From the human T2T-CHM13v2.0 reference genome, Homo sapiens, in the NCBI RefSeq assembly GCF_009914755.1, contig NC_060930.1: a stretch of 64,000 nucleotides of DNA; one strand, 5' to 3'. A model generated the notes under the pieces. That model saw only the letters and a list, made by a program, of their open reading frames with translations. It made no database searches and had not been told where the DNA came from. Each line of letters begins with the position of its first letter. Position 1 is the first letter of the stretch. Positions 40,651 through 53,560 of the stretch are shown one piece after another. A program made the translations under genes and the position numbers.

Positions 40651-43600
40651 AAATTTTGAGGGTCTGCCAAAAATGTTGGTGGTGGCATCTTCCTCCTATT
40701 GCTAATCTCTTGGATGTATCACTGTTCCCTCTTCGTCTCCTCAGCCTTCTCTTACTTGCTTAACAAATTCCTTATAATAAAATTCCATGCCTCAAAACAC
40801 CTGGAGAGGTTTCTGTTTTCTTGACTGTATTCTGATTGATATAGCTTGTTTAATTTTTTTTTTAAGTGTTAGAATGCAGTGATGTTTTCTGTACATTGTA
40901 CGTTGGATTTATCTGAACTAAAGAGAATAAGCTCTATTACAAAGATAGATTCAGAGGTATAAAATGTTTTCTGACAATCTGAATCTTTTTCTAACACATG
41001 CACATTTCATAAGTCATATTTCAAAAACTATTATATATTTAGCTGTACCTAAATTTGCATGTGGAGTTACAAGGTAAATAGGACAGATGGAGAAAAATAG
41101 AAGTGGAATATTTCAACATGCCAAGCAGAGGGGCAAGAAAGTGAAAGTGATTCAACTAAATGCTGTCTCTTACCTAATATAGAGCCTTTGATGGCAAGCT
41201 GCAGCCTTTGGGTTCTCTACAATTCGCTCCGACACTTCCCACATTGAATCTTTTTCACGTGTCATTCTACTAGGACAGTGCACTGTTAGCTCTTAAAATA
41301 AGACTTACACATATGGTACTTATATAATGAAGATAAAATCCGTGCAGTGGGGCTGGAAATGTTCACATTTGGTTTCTTGATAACGCTTGATGAGAGATAC
41401 TGCCTGGGTTATATAACAATTCAATTCCTAGTTGTTTTTTTTGTTGTTGTTGTTTGTTTGTTTCCTGGAAGGTGAAACAGTTTGACATATATCTGAATAC
41501 CAATCTTTGTCCCTTTTTGCTAATAAATAAGATTGTGTGTTTTGAAAATCCTGATTTCAGTGATAAAACTTATATTCCATATTTTCATATTCTATATCAC
41601 CTTGTTCAATTCATCATGGATAACATCATTACTGAGAAAAATCAGGAATCTATTTGGTGACGTTCTGTCATTTCTGTTTCTGTGCCTTTGCTTATAACTC
41701 TCTCTCACTGCAGCAAGCCTGCTCTGACTGACCTGGTAGACACTGCCAACATTTGGCAACAGAGGGAAAGGGAAGGTAATCAACTTTACTGCCTGATGTT
41801 ACTAAAAACCACAGCCAAGTTTCAATTATCCGTGTCAGTAGATTCGGTGATCTTTGAATCCATATCTAATATATAAATAACGAGGTAACAAGAGAAACAA
41901 ACAATGGAGCTTCATTTGATCAAAAGTTGCTGTATTTTTTAGTCATGATTTCTAAAGTCATCATCATACTGCCTTCAATTGAAAAACCGATTCAAGCCTT
42001 AGGCTAGGACTATGGCTGGTGGAACTGAATCAAGGAACTTGGCCTTCATTTTTAGGTAAATGGGCATCCTGCTTCCCCTACCATTTCCATATTAAATTTT
42101 CTAACTGCCCCCACCCCACAATTCAGGAAGAGCAGCTGAAGGACCTGAGACTTCACACCATGAGGCCAGGCTGCCCAGGATATTGATGGAAAGCACAGAG
42201 AGCCTCCTCCAAGGGCTGAGAAGAAGGTCATACTATCTGGGAACAATAATGTTTTTATACCATAAACCCACCCAATAGAGGAAGGAGAGAGTGAGAGGTA
42301 ACTGCACATGTCACTACCACCTCTACGCTGGTGATGCCTCATGCAAACACCAAGGGAGGAGATGCAGTTCCCACAACTCTTGCACCTGTGCTGTTAAAGA
42401 TGTGCAGTAGTCTACCTTTACTTTTGACAGTCACTGAACCATTCTTAATGGAGTCAGAGAAGGAAAGTCAATAACCTGCAAACCATACAATCAACCTCAC
42501 TGCCATGAATTGAAGAGGTGCTGGTTCATATTTGTCTCCAATTGTTTGTTGTCTTCCAAATGTTGACATTGCCTTCTTATTCACATAGCAGAACCAGACT
42601 AGAATATGTCTATGAATCAGGAAATCTTGTTGACTTGGGAGAGAACCTGAGAATATATATTCTACTTGGTGGACTAGTAACACTATATTTGCATATGAAG
42701 AGTGGTTTATAATGACTTCTAGCTTGTCTGTGGAGTTATGTTATCCTATTGCTTCTGTTGGCATTTAAACTAAACAATAAATTGTGTTTTACCAGTGACT
42801 CTCATCAAACATGGAACCTTTTATCATAATAGCCATATTAACTAAGTTGATGAATATCCAAAGTGAGATAGGCTTATTATTGTTAATAGCTGCAATAAGT
42901 ACAATTGACAGAATTGCAGTATGAATTTCAAGGAGTTAAATAGACCCATGAAGGTTAATCACAGTGAAAAACTAGCTTGCATGGTGATTTCCTAGCTATG
43001 TTGCATTACAAACGAGAGGCTCAGCCATGTTTTCATCTCATTATTTTTACTCATTTTATCTTTGCTTTCTTATCCCACTTCTCCCTATCTCCCAAATGCA
43101 TATTTCGGGACATGGCAATATTTTTCTAGTGTTAATATGAATTGATGTCTTCCTTAGAAATAATTAGAGCCCTACATGTCAGAAAATTATGAGACAGAGT
43201 GTCTTTCAGCTCAAGTAATGTTCCAACACAGGAGGCAAAGAAAACGCATTATCTGAAAATTACTCCGTATAAAGTGAATAGTCATGTTCTCACTTGAGTT
43301 CTTTGGAAACAGATGGCCATTCTCTTAGTAATAAAAATAATTCTCCTTACTTACCAAGCTTTTATTTCAAAATATATTCCTTTGAATTATGTCATGTTAT
43401 CCTCATACCATGTCTATGAGGGAGATAGAGACCAAGACATGATAGTTCATAGAGCTCTCAGCAGAAAAGTATAAACCCAGTCTCCAAACTTGTCATCACC
43501 TCCCAGGGATCTCATGACATATCTCATTCCATACTAGGATTGAGACTGATCCATTTATGTATATTGCTTTTCTGCTTTTCTAGGAGGAAACTTGCTACTG

Positions 43601-44012
43601 CCTTTTAAACCAATGTAAAAGTGTATGTCAACAGAGTAAAATCAGAGTTTGGTTATGTTATAGGCTTATATTTCAGTTTTGCCACTTTGAAGCATTAGTT
43701 GGCCAAGTTCTCATCTTTCTCAGACTTTTACTCCAGGATAAATGCAGCCTAACTGATGCACAACTGCATCGATAATGGAAACTGCATAAGAGTTTGGTCA
43801 GCAACCTTTGGTGCTATGAGTTTCATCATTGCAGTGATAATGGAAGTCATGGTTGTTTCCAGTGAAGGTTGTTTGTTAATATGTGACATCAATAGAGCCA
43901 ATATATATCAGCCCAATAAATGCTAAGGGATTCCACTATGTAAATGACTTTCTACTTTCTATTAGTTCCATACCACAGACCACTTAGAAAAAATTAAGGA
44001 CACTTCTACTGA

Positions 44013-44013
<1 letters not shown>

Positions 44014-44103
<90 letters not shown>
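44014..44103. repeat. Compound (TC)n(TA)n microsatellite
   Basis: Seen directly. Confidence 0.97.
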
Positions 44104-44104
<1 letters not shown>

Positions 44105-45007
44105 CTTTGAGGAAGCCTTTTGATGTTAAGCTACTAAAAGTATCACATTTCTATCATTGAGCTATGAGGGAAGCAAAGGTGATAGCTCCAAGCTTTTCTT
44201 CCTCAGCAATAAAGTTGCTACAGCTGGGGATTTCGGTGGGGGAGGAGGAATATTGGTTGTCAAAGGTCTTAAATGAGAGGAGAACAAAAGATTTCCAAAA
44301 GATGGTTCATAAATCATACAATGTGAAATGAACTCAGAAAGAAGGGTGAATATGTTGGTAATTTGCAAGGTTTTTTTAAATGGAGAAGTAGCCAAGCAAA
44401 TGAATACTAAAAAAGCACCTATAGTTGCACTCAAAATAGAAAATCCAATTTTGATTATGATACATGTTTTATATAAGAAAAATACATTTAAAATTGATCT
44501 CTCTCCAATTACATTTTTACATAGCTCATTTCTGCCATTCATTTTCTCCCTTACATAGAGAGAGAAAAAACTTGGCCTTACAAAGACAGAGCTGATGGTT
44601 TGAAATCCTACTCTACTATGTACTAAGTTTGTTTATTTTTGTTACTTGGCCTCTTGGAGTTTTCGTTCTCACATTATTCTTGAGTTATTATTAGAGTAAC
44701 ATAAAAACGCACATGCAGGCACTCAGTGGTACTAAATTACTTTTCCTTATAAAAGAAAAATTGCATGGAACACTTGTTAAAGATGGCAAGGAAGACTTTT
44801 CATCTAAATAGGGGAGAAGGACTATTGCAACAGGGGAGAGAGATTGAACGCAACTCTGCAGAAACAAAAAGTGAATGCTGAGGTGAGCCAATGGAACATT
44901 GCTGGTCATAGAGGGAGGTTGGTCAGTGTGATAGGCCATCTGTGTCTTGCTAACTGATAGACTCAGGCCCTCCCACAGAGACTAGAAATAGGGGAACTAT
45001 CTTCTTT

Positions 45008-47533
45008 ATTCTTTTTTTAAGTTTTAATTTTTACGTATATATAATAATTGTATATATTTTCTGGGGTACATGTGAATTCTACTCTTCTGGTTTTTGAAAT
45101 ATACAATAAATTATTGTTAACTATAATCACTCTGTTGTGCTACTGAACACTAAATCTTCTTCCTTCTAACTATATTTTTGGGCCATTAAGCATCTCCTCT
45201 TTATTACCCTCTCCGTATTAGCCTGCCCAGCATCTCGTAACCATCATTCTAATGTGTGTCTTCATGAGATCAATATTTTTAGCTCTCACATTTGAGTGAG
45301 AACATGTGATATTTGTTCTTTTGTGTCTGGCTTATTTCATTTACCATAATGTGCTCTAGTTCCATCTATGTTGTTGCAAATGATAGGACTTCATTCTTTT
45401 TTGTGGCTGGATCATATTCCATTTTGTATTAATATGACTTTTTAAACTATTCATCCATTGATGGATACTTAGGTTGATTCCATATTTTGGCTATAGTGAA
45501 TAGTGCTGCAATAAATGTAAGAGCTCAGATATCTCTTCCATATACTGTTTTCCTTTCTTTTGAATATACACCCAGCAGTTGGATTGCTGGATCATATGGT
45601 AGTTCTATTTTTAGTTTTTTAAGGGGCCCCCATACTGTTCTCCACAGTGGCTGCACGAATTTACACTCCCAATAACACTTTAAGAAGATTCCCTTTCTCC
45701 ACATCCTCACCAGCATTCATTATTGCCTGTCTTTTGGATAAAAGACATTTTAACTGGGGTGAGATGATATCTTATTGTAGTTTTGATATGTGTTTCTCTG
45801 ATCATTAGTAATGTTGGGCAGATTTTCATACGCCTGTTGGCCATTTTTTATGGTTTCTTTTGAGAAATGTCTATTCACATCTTTTTTTTCACTTTAATTG
45901 GATTATCTTGTCTTTTGGGTTTTTTGTTTTGTTTAGTTTTTGTTTTTGTTTTTGCTATTGAGTTGTTTGAGTTCCTTATACATTCTGGTATGGGTAGTTG
46001 GCAAATATTTCCTCCCATTCTTTTGGGAGCTGTCTCTTCACTTTGTTAATTGTTTCCTTTACTTTAGAGAAGCTTTTTAGCTTGATGTTATCCCATTTGT
46101 CTATTTGCCCTTACTTACAGGGTGTTAAGAAATCTTTACAGGTCAAGAAATCTTTACCCAGAGCAATGTCCAGTAGTTCTATAGTTTCGGGTATTACATT
46201 TAAGTATTTGATCCATTTTAATTTGATTTTTGTTTATGGCAAGAGATAGGGGTCTAGTTTCATTCTTCTGCATATGGGTATCCAGTTTTCCCAGCACCAT
46301 TAATTGAAGAAACTGTCCCTTCCCCATTGTATGTTCTTGGCAACTCCATCAAAAATGAGTTTACTCTAAATATATGGATTTATATCTAGCTTCTCTATTC
46401 TGTTTCATTAATCTATGTGTCTGTATTTATGTCAGTACTATGATATTTTGGTTACTATAGCTTTGTAGTGTCATTTAAAGTCAGGTAGCATGATACCTCC
46501 AGCTTTCTTCTTTTTGTTCAGATTTTTTTTGACTATTCTGAGTCTTTTGTGATTCCATTTAAATTTAAGGATTTCTTTTTCTATTTATATGAAGACTATC
46601 ATTGGTATTTTAATAGGGATTGCATTGAATCTGTAGATTTATTTGAGTTGTGTGGACATATTAACAATATACCAAAAGTAGAGAAAGACTACAAAAAAAG
46701 GAAACTACAGACCAATGTCTCTGATGACTATAGATGCAAAAGTTCTCAAAAATACTAGTGAACTGAATTCAACAACACATTAAAAAATGATTCATCACAA
46801 TCAAGTGAGATTCATTCCAGGGATACAAAGATGGTTTAACATACACAAATTAATAAATGTCATACATCACACAACAGGATGAATAACAAAAACTATATGA
46901 TCATCTCAATAGATGCAGAGAAAACATTTAATGAAATTAAACATTCCGTAATGATAAACTCTCAATAAGCTGGATATAAAAGGAACATAGTCCAACACAA
47001 TAAAGGCCATGTATGAAAAATTCACAGCCAGTATCATACTAAACAAGGGAAAACTAGAAGCATTTCCTCTAAGATCATGAAACAAACAAGTATGCCCACT
47101 TTTACAACTTTTATTCAAGATAGGACTGGAAGTCCTAGCAAGAGCAATCAAAAAAGGGAAATAAATAAAGGACTTCCAAATTGGAAATTAAGAAGTCAAA
47201 TTATCCTTATTTGCAACAGATTATATCATCTTATATTTAGAAATATCTGAAGACTCCAAGAAACTATTAGAACTGATAAACAAATTTAGTACAGTTGCAG
47301 AATACAAAAGCAACATTAAAAACCAGCAGCATTTACATATGCTACTGGCAAACAATCTGAAAAAGAAGCTGAGAATGTAATACAATTTACAATAGCTACA
47401 AATATTAACAAAATGTCTAGGAATACACTTAAACAAAGAAGTGAAAAATCTCTACCATGAAAACTATAAAACATTGATGAAAGATATGGAAGAGGACACA
47501 AACATTGAGGAGATATTACATGTTCATGAATTG
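45008..47533 (-). mobile_element. 5'-inverted L1MA (L1MA3/4-like): minus 45008-46670, inverted plus 46671-47533
   Basis: L1MA 3' UTR on minus strand after T-rich tail; ORF2 C-terminal remnant ([14 protein letters not shown]). The switch to sense ORF2 RT region occurs at ...AACAATAT|ACCAAAAGTAG. Confidence 0.9.
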
Positions 47534-47666
47534 TCACTATCATGATGATTACATTTCAAAGTGATAAGATCCTTGAGAAGGACATTCTTGGTTTATAGAA
47601 GATTTACATTTCAATGGTGCAGAGATGTAGGAAGAGTTTATTTATAATTGTAAGTTTTCTAAAATA

Positions 47667-50174
47667 CAATTGATTCTTGAACAACATGAGTTGGAACTGC
47701 ACAGGTCCACTTATAAGTAGATTTTTTTCAATAAACATATCGGAAAAATTTATTAGAGAGTTGCAACAATTTGAGCAAACTTGAAGATGAGCCACCTAAT
47801 CTACAGATATTGAAAGTATTAAGAAAAAGTTAGTTTTGTCATGAATTCACAAAATATATGTAGATATTAGTCTATGTTATCACCTCCTGCCATAAAATGT
47901 ACACAAATCTATTATACAATTTTTAAATTTATCAAAACTTATGCATACAAACACAGATTATATTCACTGTCGAGAGAAATATAAGTATTCAGTATTAAAT
48001 TCTAACTGCAAAAAGTTAACTGTATTACCTACTGTGCTACTGTAATAATTGCATAGCCACCTCCTGTTGCTGTTGCAGTGAGCTCAAGTGGTACTAGTAT
48101 CTACTGAAAACAGAATGTGACTCTGATCATCTCAGAAAACTAGTTTTATCTCTCAAGTAAATTGCATATTGCATAAAAAAGTGATTTCTTATGGTTCTTG
48201 CATATTTTTCATCATGTTTAGTGCAATATTGTAAATCTTGAATAACACCATGGGACCCATACAAAGCACCACTAGTGATGCTAGGAGAATAAGAGAAAAG
48301 TTATGACATTACAAGAAAAATTGAATTTCTTGATATGTACCATAGATTGAGGTCTGTAACTGTGGTTGCCCACTATTTTAAGATAAATAAACCCAGTAAT
48401 GACCATTGTAGAAAAAGAAAATAACTCATGAAACTGCTACTGTGACAATAGGCACCAAAAAAATCAGTTTTTCACAAAATATTTTTTAATCTCATAGTGA
48501 AAATTCAGCTTTTATGTAGATGCAGGATTTCTATAAGGAAAGCACATCTATGGACTCTAATATAATTCAAGAAAATGCAAAGTCATTGTATGACAACTAA
48601 AAGCAAAAAGAAGGTGAAGGATCTGAAGTTGAATAATTTAATGTAAGCAAAGAATGGTTTGATGCTTTTAGAAAGAGATTTAGCTTTAAAAAATGTCCAG
48701 ATAATAGCAGAAGCAGCTTCTGCTGACCAAGAGGCAGCAAACAAGCTTTTGGAGACCATGAAAAAACTCCCTGAAGGAAAGAATATCTGCCTGAACAGGT
48801 TTTTAATGTAGATGAAAGTGTCCTATTCTGGAAAAACAAAATGCCATGAAGGATATATATTAGAAAGGAAAGGAAGCAAGCACTTTTTAAGTGCTCTAAG
48901 TGATAGGCTAATTCACCAGTATTGCAAATGCAGTTAGGTTTATGATCAGGACTGCCCTTTCTATAAAGCTGCTAATTTCCTAACTTTGAAGGGAAATTAT
49001 AAACACCAGCTGCCGGTCTTTTGGTTCTGTAAGAAGAAGGCCTAGAGAATGAGAACATTTTTTTCTGGATTGGTTTCATTGGTGTTTTGTCCCCGAAGTC
49101 AGAAAGTACCTTGCCAGTAAGGGATTATCTTTTAAAATTCTCCTGATATTGAACAATGAACAATACCCCTGGCCATCCACAACTCCATGAGTTTAACACT
49201 GAAGGCATCAAAGTGGTCTGTTCATCCCCAAACATAACGTCTGTAATAAGCCTCTAGATGTAAGAGTCATAAAAATATTTAAAGCTATTACACACAGTAC
49301 TCTATGGAAAGGATTTCAACATTACAGAAGAGAACCCTGTAGGAAAGGATTGTCGACTTTATGAAAGAGAACCCTGTAGAGAGAACATCGTGAAAGTGTG
49401 GAAGGATTACGCTATTGAAGATGCCATCATTTTTATAGAAAAATCCTTGAAAACCATTAAGCTCTAAACAATAAACTCCTGCTGGAGAAAACTGTGTCCA
49501 TATATTGCACATGTCTTCACAAGTCTTCACAGGATTTATGACAGAGCGAATCAAGGAAATCATGAAAGAGACTGGATGTGGCAAAACAGGTGGAGAGTGA
49601 AGAATTTCAAGATATGGATCTTGGAGAAATTTCAGAGCTGATAGACACCACTCCAGAGGAATTACATAAGACAACTTGATGGAGATGAGTGCTTCCAAAC
49701 CAGTGCCAGACAATGAGGAAGAGGACGTAGAAGCAGTGCCAGAAAACAAATTGACATTAGACAATAATTGATATTATTTTCACAATTTTGCCAGACTGAA
49801 TGTAGCAGTTAATAGTACAAAACTTGGCAGAAAGTTTCGATTATTCCACACTGCTTTTGGCTTCTTTTACAACATGGATCCTTATATGAGATGAACACTG
49901 AAACTAAAGCAAATGGTGGAAGAAAAACTGGTGCTGTATAGGAACATTTTTAGAGAAATAAAAAAGCGAAAAAAATCAGACAGAAATTATGATGCATGTC
50001 CCTAAAGTTACACCGAGTGTGCCTGCCTCTCCTGCCTCTCCTTCCACCTCGTCTGCCTCTTCCATCTTGGCCACCCCTTACACAGCAAGACTAACCCCTC
50101 TTCTTTCTCCTCCTCAGCCTACTCAACAGGAAGACAACAAGGATGAAGACCTTTATGATGAGACACTTCCACTT
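47667..50174 (+). mobile_element. Tigger2 DNA transposon, near full length, lacking 3' end and right TIR
   Basis: TA then left TIR CAATTGATTCTTGAACAACATG; transposase remnants; stops abruptly at GATGAAGACCTTTATGATGAGACACTTCCACTT. Confidence 0.9.
48250..49990 (+). pseudogene. Disrupted pogo/Tigger (CENP-B-like HTH plus DDD) transposase
   Basis: Manual translation gives FNVSKEWFDAFRKRF (~48637), YLPEQVFNVDESVLFWK (~48784), an LLIL(N)N motif broken by a 7-nt GAACAAT duplication (~49150), and PLD (~49251). Many stops. Boundaries approximate. Confidence 0.8.
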
Positions 50175-51624
50175 CAAAGTTTTTCAGGCTGAAGGGAAAG
50201 TAAAGCCATCTTGGTCACCCTTCCTCTTGCTGGCTATGTCCTGCATTCCCGCACATTCAGCAATTTTTTTCCTGACAGTTTTGGCATCTATTAAGTTCTT
50301 TGCACATCATCCAGTCCCTTTAGAGTCCGCCTAATCTGAAACTTAAAAAAAAAATTTTTTGCTCATTTTTACTCTATGTCTTCTCTCCTACACAATCACA
50401 GATATTATTTAAAAATTGTGCATAAAACTGACCTATCTCTAAAGAATTCTGTTTTCAGTGGAATGTCTGGGGAAAGTGACTTTTATTTCTTAAGAGTTAG
50501 GGATTTGGTTTAGTAATTAAATAGGATTTCATGTGTAGCATAATAGTAATCACCTTCTGTGAAGTATGATTCTTCTCTGAAAGATATTTTCCTTGACCAC
50601 AGAGTGCTTTCTAGAACTCGAAGCCTCTTTATTCAAATAATAGCTCTCAAGGATCCAAGTCTATTATAAGACCACCTTATACTTTTAATTGCTTTCATCA
50701 TTTCTTTCTCTTTTTCTTCTTCCAATAATCTTATTCTAAGCAAAAATTTCAACCAAAATACAAGGGTTTTTTTTAAAAAAAAGAGGTTATATAATTATTT
50801 TCTAATTTCCAAGTTGAACAAAATTTTTATCACTCTTGGTTTATAACTGACTAGTAAAGAAACTCAGACTTTTTAAATATTTGGGTTGCTGATATTGCAG
50901 GTTTTCCCCTAAAAATTATATTGAGTGAATAATTAAATCATCATGGAAAACTCCGTTTGTTTCCTACAGCCTTAGAATTAAGACAAAAATATAACATCCA
51001 TATGACCTGAATACATTCAATAAGTTCAAGTCCCTGATTCTAGGACTTTGAAGACTTGCAGAGAAACATAAATTTAAAAGTTCTCTCCTTTCCTGTATAT
51101 TTCTCAAAGTCTGCCTACTAGTAGTAAGAATATAGTAAAATTAGAATCCTAATTAAAATGTAACTACATAGCTTAGATGCTGCAATTTTCTGTCTTCTTT
51201 ATGTTTTAATTTTAGTTAGCTACATTAAGCATAAGTAAGTCATCCTTTTGCTTCTTTGACAGTTATATTTTGTCAGTCTCTGTATGTCAAAGTTATATGT
51301 CCAATTGTTTCTTCTACTGCTCTGTTTTTGCCATATTGTATGCAGTAGTTAACAGTATAGAACTTGGTGATAGATTATATTCTTGACTCCTTCTCTGACT
51401 TGTGTCTTCAGAGACATAACCTTTCTTTTCTCAGTTTATCTGTCTCTAGAGTAATGGTAGTTATTTCTATTGGCATTCTTTGTTTTCAAGGGAGGTACTA
51501 GTGTTTCTATTTTCTAAATGGTTTGCAAGCAAAGGTTTCTGGCTAATAGCATTTTCTGGTCTCCAAATCTGTGGTGCACCATTAATGAATCTGTAATTTT
51601 CAAACATTTAGGATGAAGTTTAGA

Positions 51625-51878
51625 GTCATATAAGAATATGGACTAAGGAGCTCAACATGTCTGAGTGTGAATCTCAGCATGGCTCATTACATTTTACGGG
51701 ACCATGAATATGTTACTCTATTTGAGCCTCACTTTCTTCCCCTATATATAGTAATAATAACACATGGTAGTTCTTCCTAGAAGGACTATTGTGAAGGCTA
51801 GAAATAATACAGGTAACACTGTTAGCACAGTGCCTGGCAGATGGCAGCCACTTAAAACAAATAGGAATTTTATTATTG
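51625..51878 (+). mobile_element. MIR
   Basis: TTTGAGCCTCACTTTCTTC...TATTGTGAAGGCTAGA...TTAGCACAGTGCCTGGCA. Confidence 0.75.
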
Positions 51879-52484
51879 AAAATGTAATTTTCCTGAATTA
51901 TACTAATCCTAAATATACTTAAGCAGATTTACTTAACACAAAGTTAATTCTTCTGATTCTGTTAATCATATGGTGTTCAAATTGTTACAGTGCCACAAAG
52001 CTGTTATTACTCACAGTGATTATTATTGTGTGACAAAATATACTTTTTTGGCTAATAGAGATTGTTGATTTATACAGTGTGGATTATTTCTTTGTTGGAA
52101 TCATGAGATAATTTTTCATTATATTAAGTTGCCACCCATCTGCTATGAAGGAGATAATCCTGACTTACTTTGAATATTTTTTCTAGGATTAAGATTAGAT
52201 TTATACCCTTCTGCATGTAAGTCCCTTCACACTTATTCTGGGACCAATTAAGAGTAGTATATCTGAGTTCTTGGTGGGGAGTGGGGGAGAAAAAACACAG
52301 TGAAAGCAAAGAGTCAACACAGGGACCAGACCTACAGCCATGGTGACGTTTGTGGAGCTCTAGCTCAATAGGCTACCTGGACTCAGGCTCATGGAAATAA
52401 TCCACACTGGGCTCTTTTTGTGACCACAGAGCCTTCTCTTACTGTTTAAGCCCTCGAATATTCTATTATCATTGATTCTAAGTG

Positions 52485-52819
52485 CAATCAATCTTCCATA
52501 TACATATGTTATGCATTCATGGATTAACAAACTGAAGATTAAAAATACCCCTGGGAAAAATATTCTGCAATGTTCCAAAAACCAAAACTTGAATTTACCA
52601 TGCATAGAATACTAGGTTGAATCCAGGTGAATTAAGTGATGTGTAGGCATTGTATTATATATTGTAAGTAATCTAAAGATGATTTAAAGTACATGGAAGG
52701 ATGTGCATAGATTATATGCAAATACTATGCCATTTTATATAAGGGAGTTGAGCATCCCTGGATTTGGGTACCCATGAGGGTTCAGTAACCAATCCTTCAT
52801 GGGTGGGGGGAAGCAACTG
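52485..52819 (+). mobile_element. MER2B-like DNA transposon
   Basis: GTTCCAAAAACCAAAACTTGAATTT...AAGTAATCTAAAGATGATTTAAAGTA...TTATATGCAAATACTATGCCATTTTATATAAGGGAGTTGAGCATCC; ends CAACTG followed by TA. Confidence 0.85.
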
Positions 52820-53104
52820 TATATGTGGTGTTGGGGTGAGATGGGAGTTAGTAAGTTACTACAAATTTTCTCTTATACTGTAGAAATTTAGAACATGTCA
52901 ACAAATAACGCATCACCATCATAAAATTATCAACATAAGCCCAATGTTGTCACGATATATTGCCATATAACATGTAACTTCTTAAAAATCAAGACCACTA
53001 ACATTTTTCTCTTGTTTTGCCTTTAATTCAAAGTCTTCAATCTCTGTCATACATAGCATAATGTGTTGCCTCTTCTCATTAATAGAAAAAATAAGAAAAC
53101 TTCC

Positions 53105-53560
53105 TAAATCATGGATTCATTAAGTTGATAACCTATGTACTAGGCACAATAACACATAGAGAAATAAACTGGAAATAGATCTTTCTTGGGAAGCTTACAT
53201 AAAGGGAGATAAGCCAGGTACATCAATAACTATAAATACTGCAATACAAAGATAGAAAGTGCACATTTAGCCAGCAGTTTACTCATTTGCTTAGCAAGTA
53301 AGTGTTTTTATTTCTGACTACAGGTCATACTCACTACCTAATTCTGAGATTACAATGAACAGTGACCACAATAATGGCAAATGGAAAGTCTGCCTTTAGT
53401 ATTTAATTCCTAATTTGTATGTGGTGGGGAGTGAGGAGTGTGGACAAACAATTTAAAAAACTGTGATAATACAGTGTGAAATGTACTAATGGTATTTATG
53501 GGAGAGGACAGGGCCCATTGGAACATGAAAAGGTGTATCACAGATTTAAGAGAGCAAGCA
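53105..53560 (-). mobile_element. L2 3' fragments
   Basis: CCTATGTACTAGGCAC and TGACTACAGGTCATACTCAC ... TCTGCCTTT resemble L2 tails. Diverged. Confidence 0.45.

Larger units (their letters stand above)
39190..40843 (+). mobile_element. ERVL LTR33-family LTR, split by later insertions (pieces ~39190-39388, 39602-39760, ~40675-40843)
   Basis: GGAAACTACATTTGTCAGACTC...CCAATGAGATCCACTG...GGGAGATATGAGGG; 3' end AATAAAATTCC...GGTTTCTGTTTTCTTGACTG...CTGATTGATATA. Confidence 0.65.
44748..50217 (-). mobile_element. ERV1 solo LTR, MER67/MER31-family, in three pieces (44748-45007, ~47535-47666, 50175-50217)
   Basis: ACACTTGTTAAAGATGGCAAGGAAGACTT...GACTATTGCAACAGGGGAGAGAGATTGAAC; resumes GATGATTACATTTCAAAG...GTAAGTTTTCTAAA; ends CCATCTTGGTCA; flanks TCCT/CCCT look like a degenerate 4-bp TSD. 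Confidence 0.7.

Noticed and set aside
43355-43413. 59-nt minus-strand AG...GTAAGT segment (also a 14-nt one at 20560-20573)
   Set aside because: Plausible splice sites but no further support; illustrates the pseudo-exon background.
49288-49764. 158-aa minus-strand ORF
   Set aside because: Antisense to the dead Tigger2 transposase.
51832-51849. CTCF-like CTGGCAGATGGCAGC
   Set aside because: Mismatches in the critical 5' CCA, and it lies in a MIR tail.
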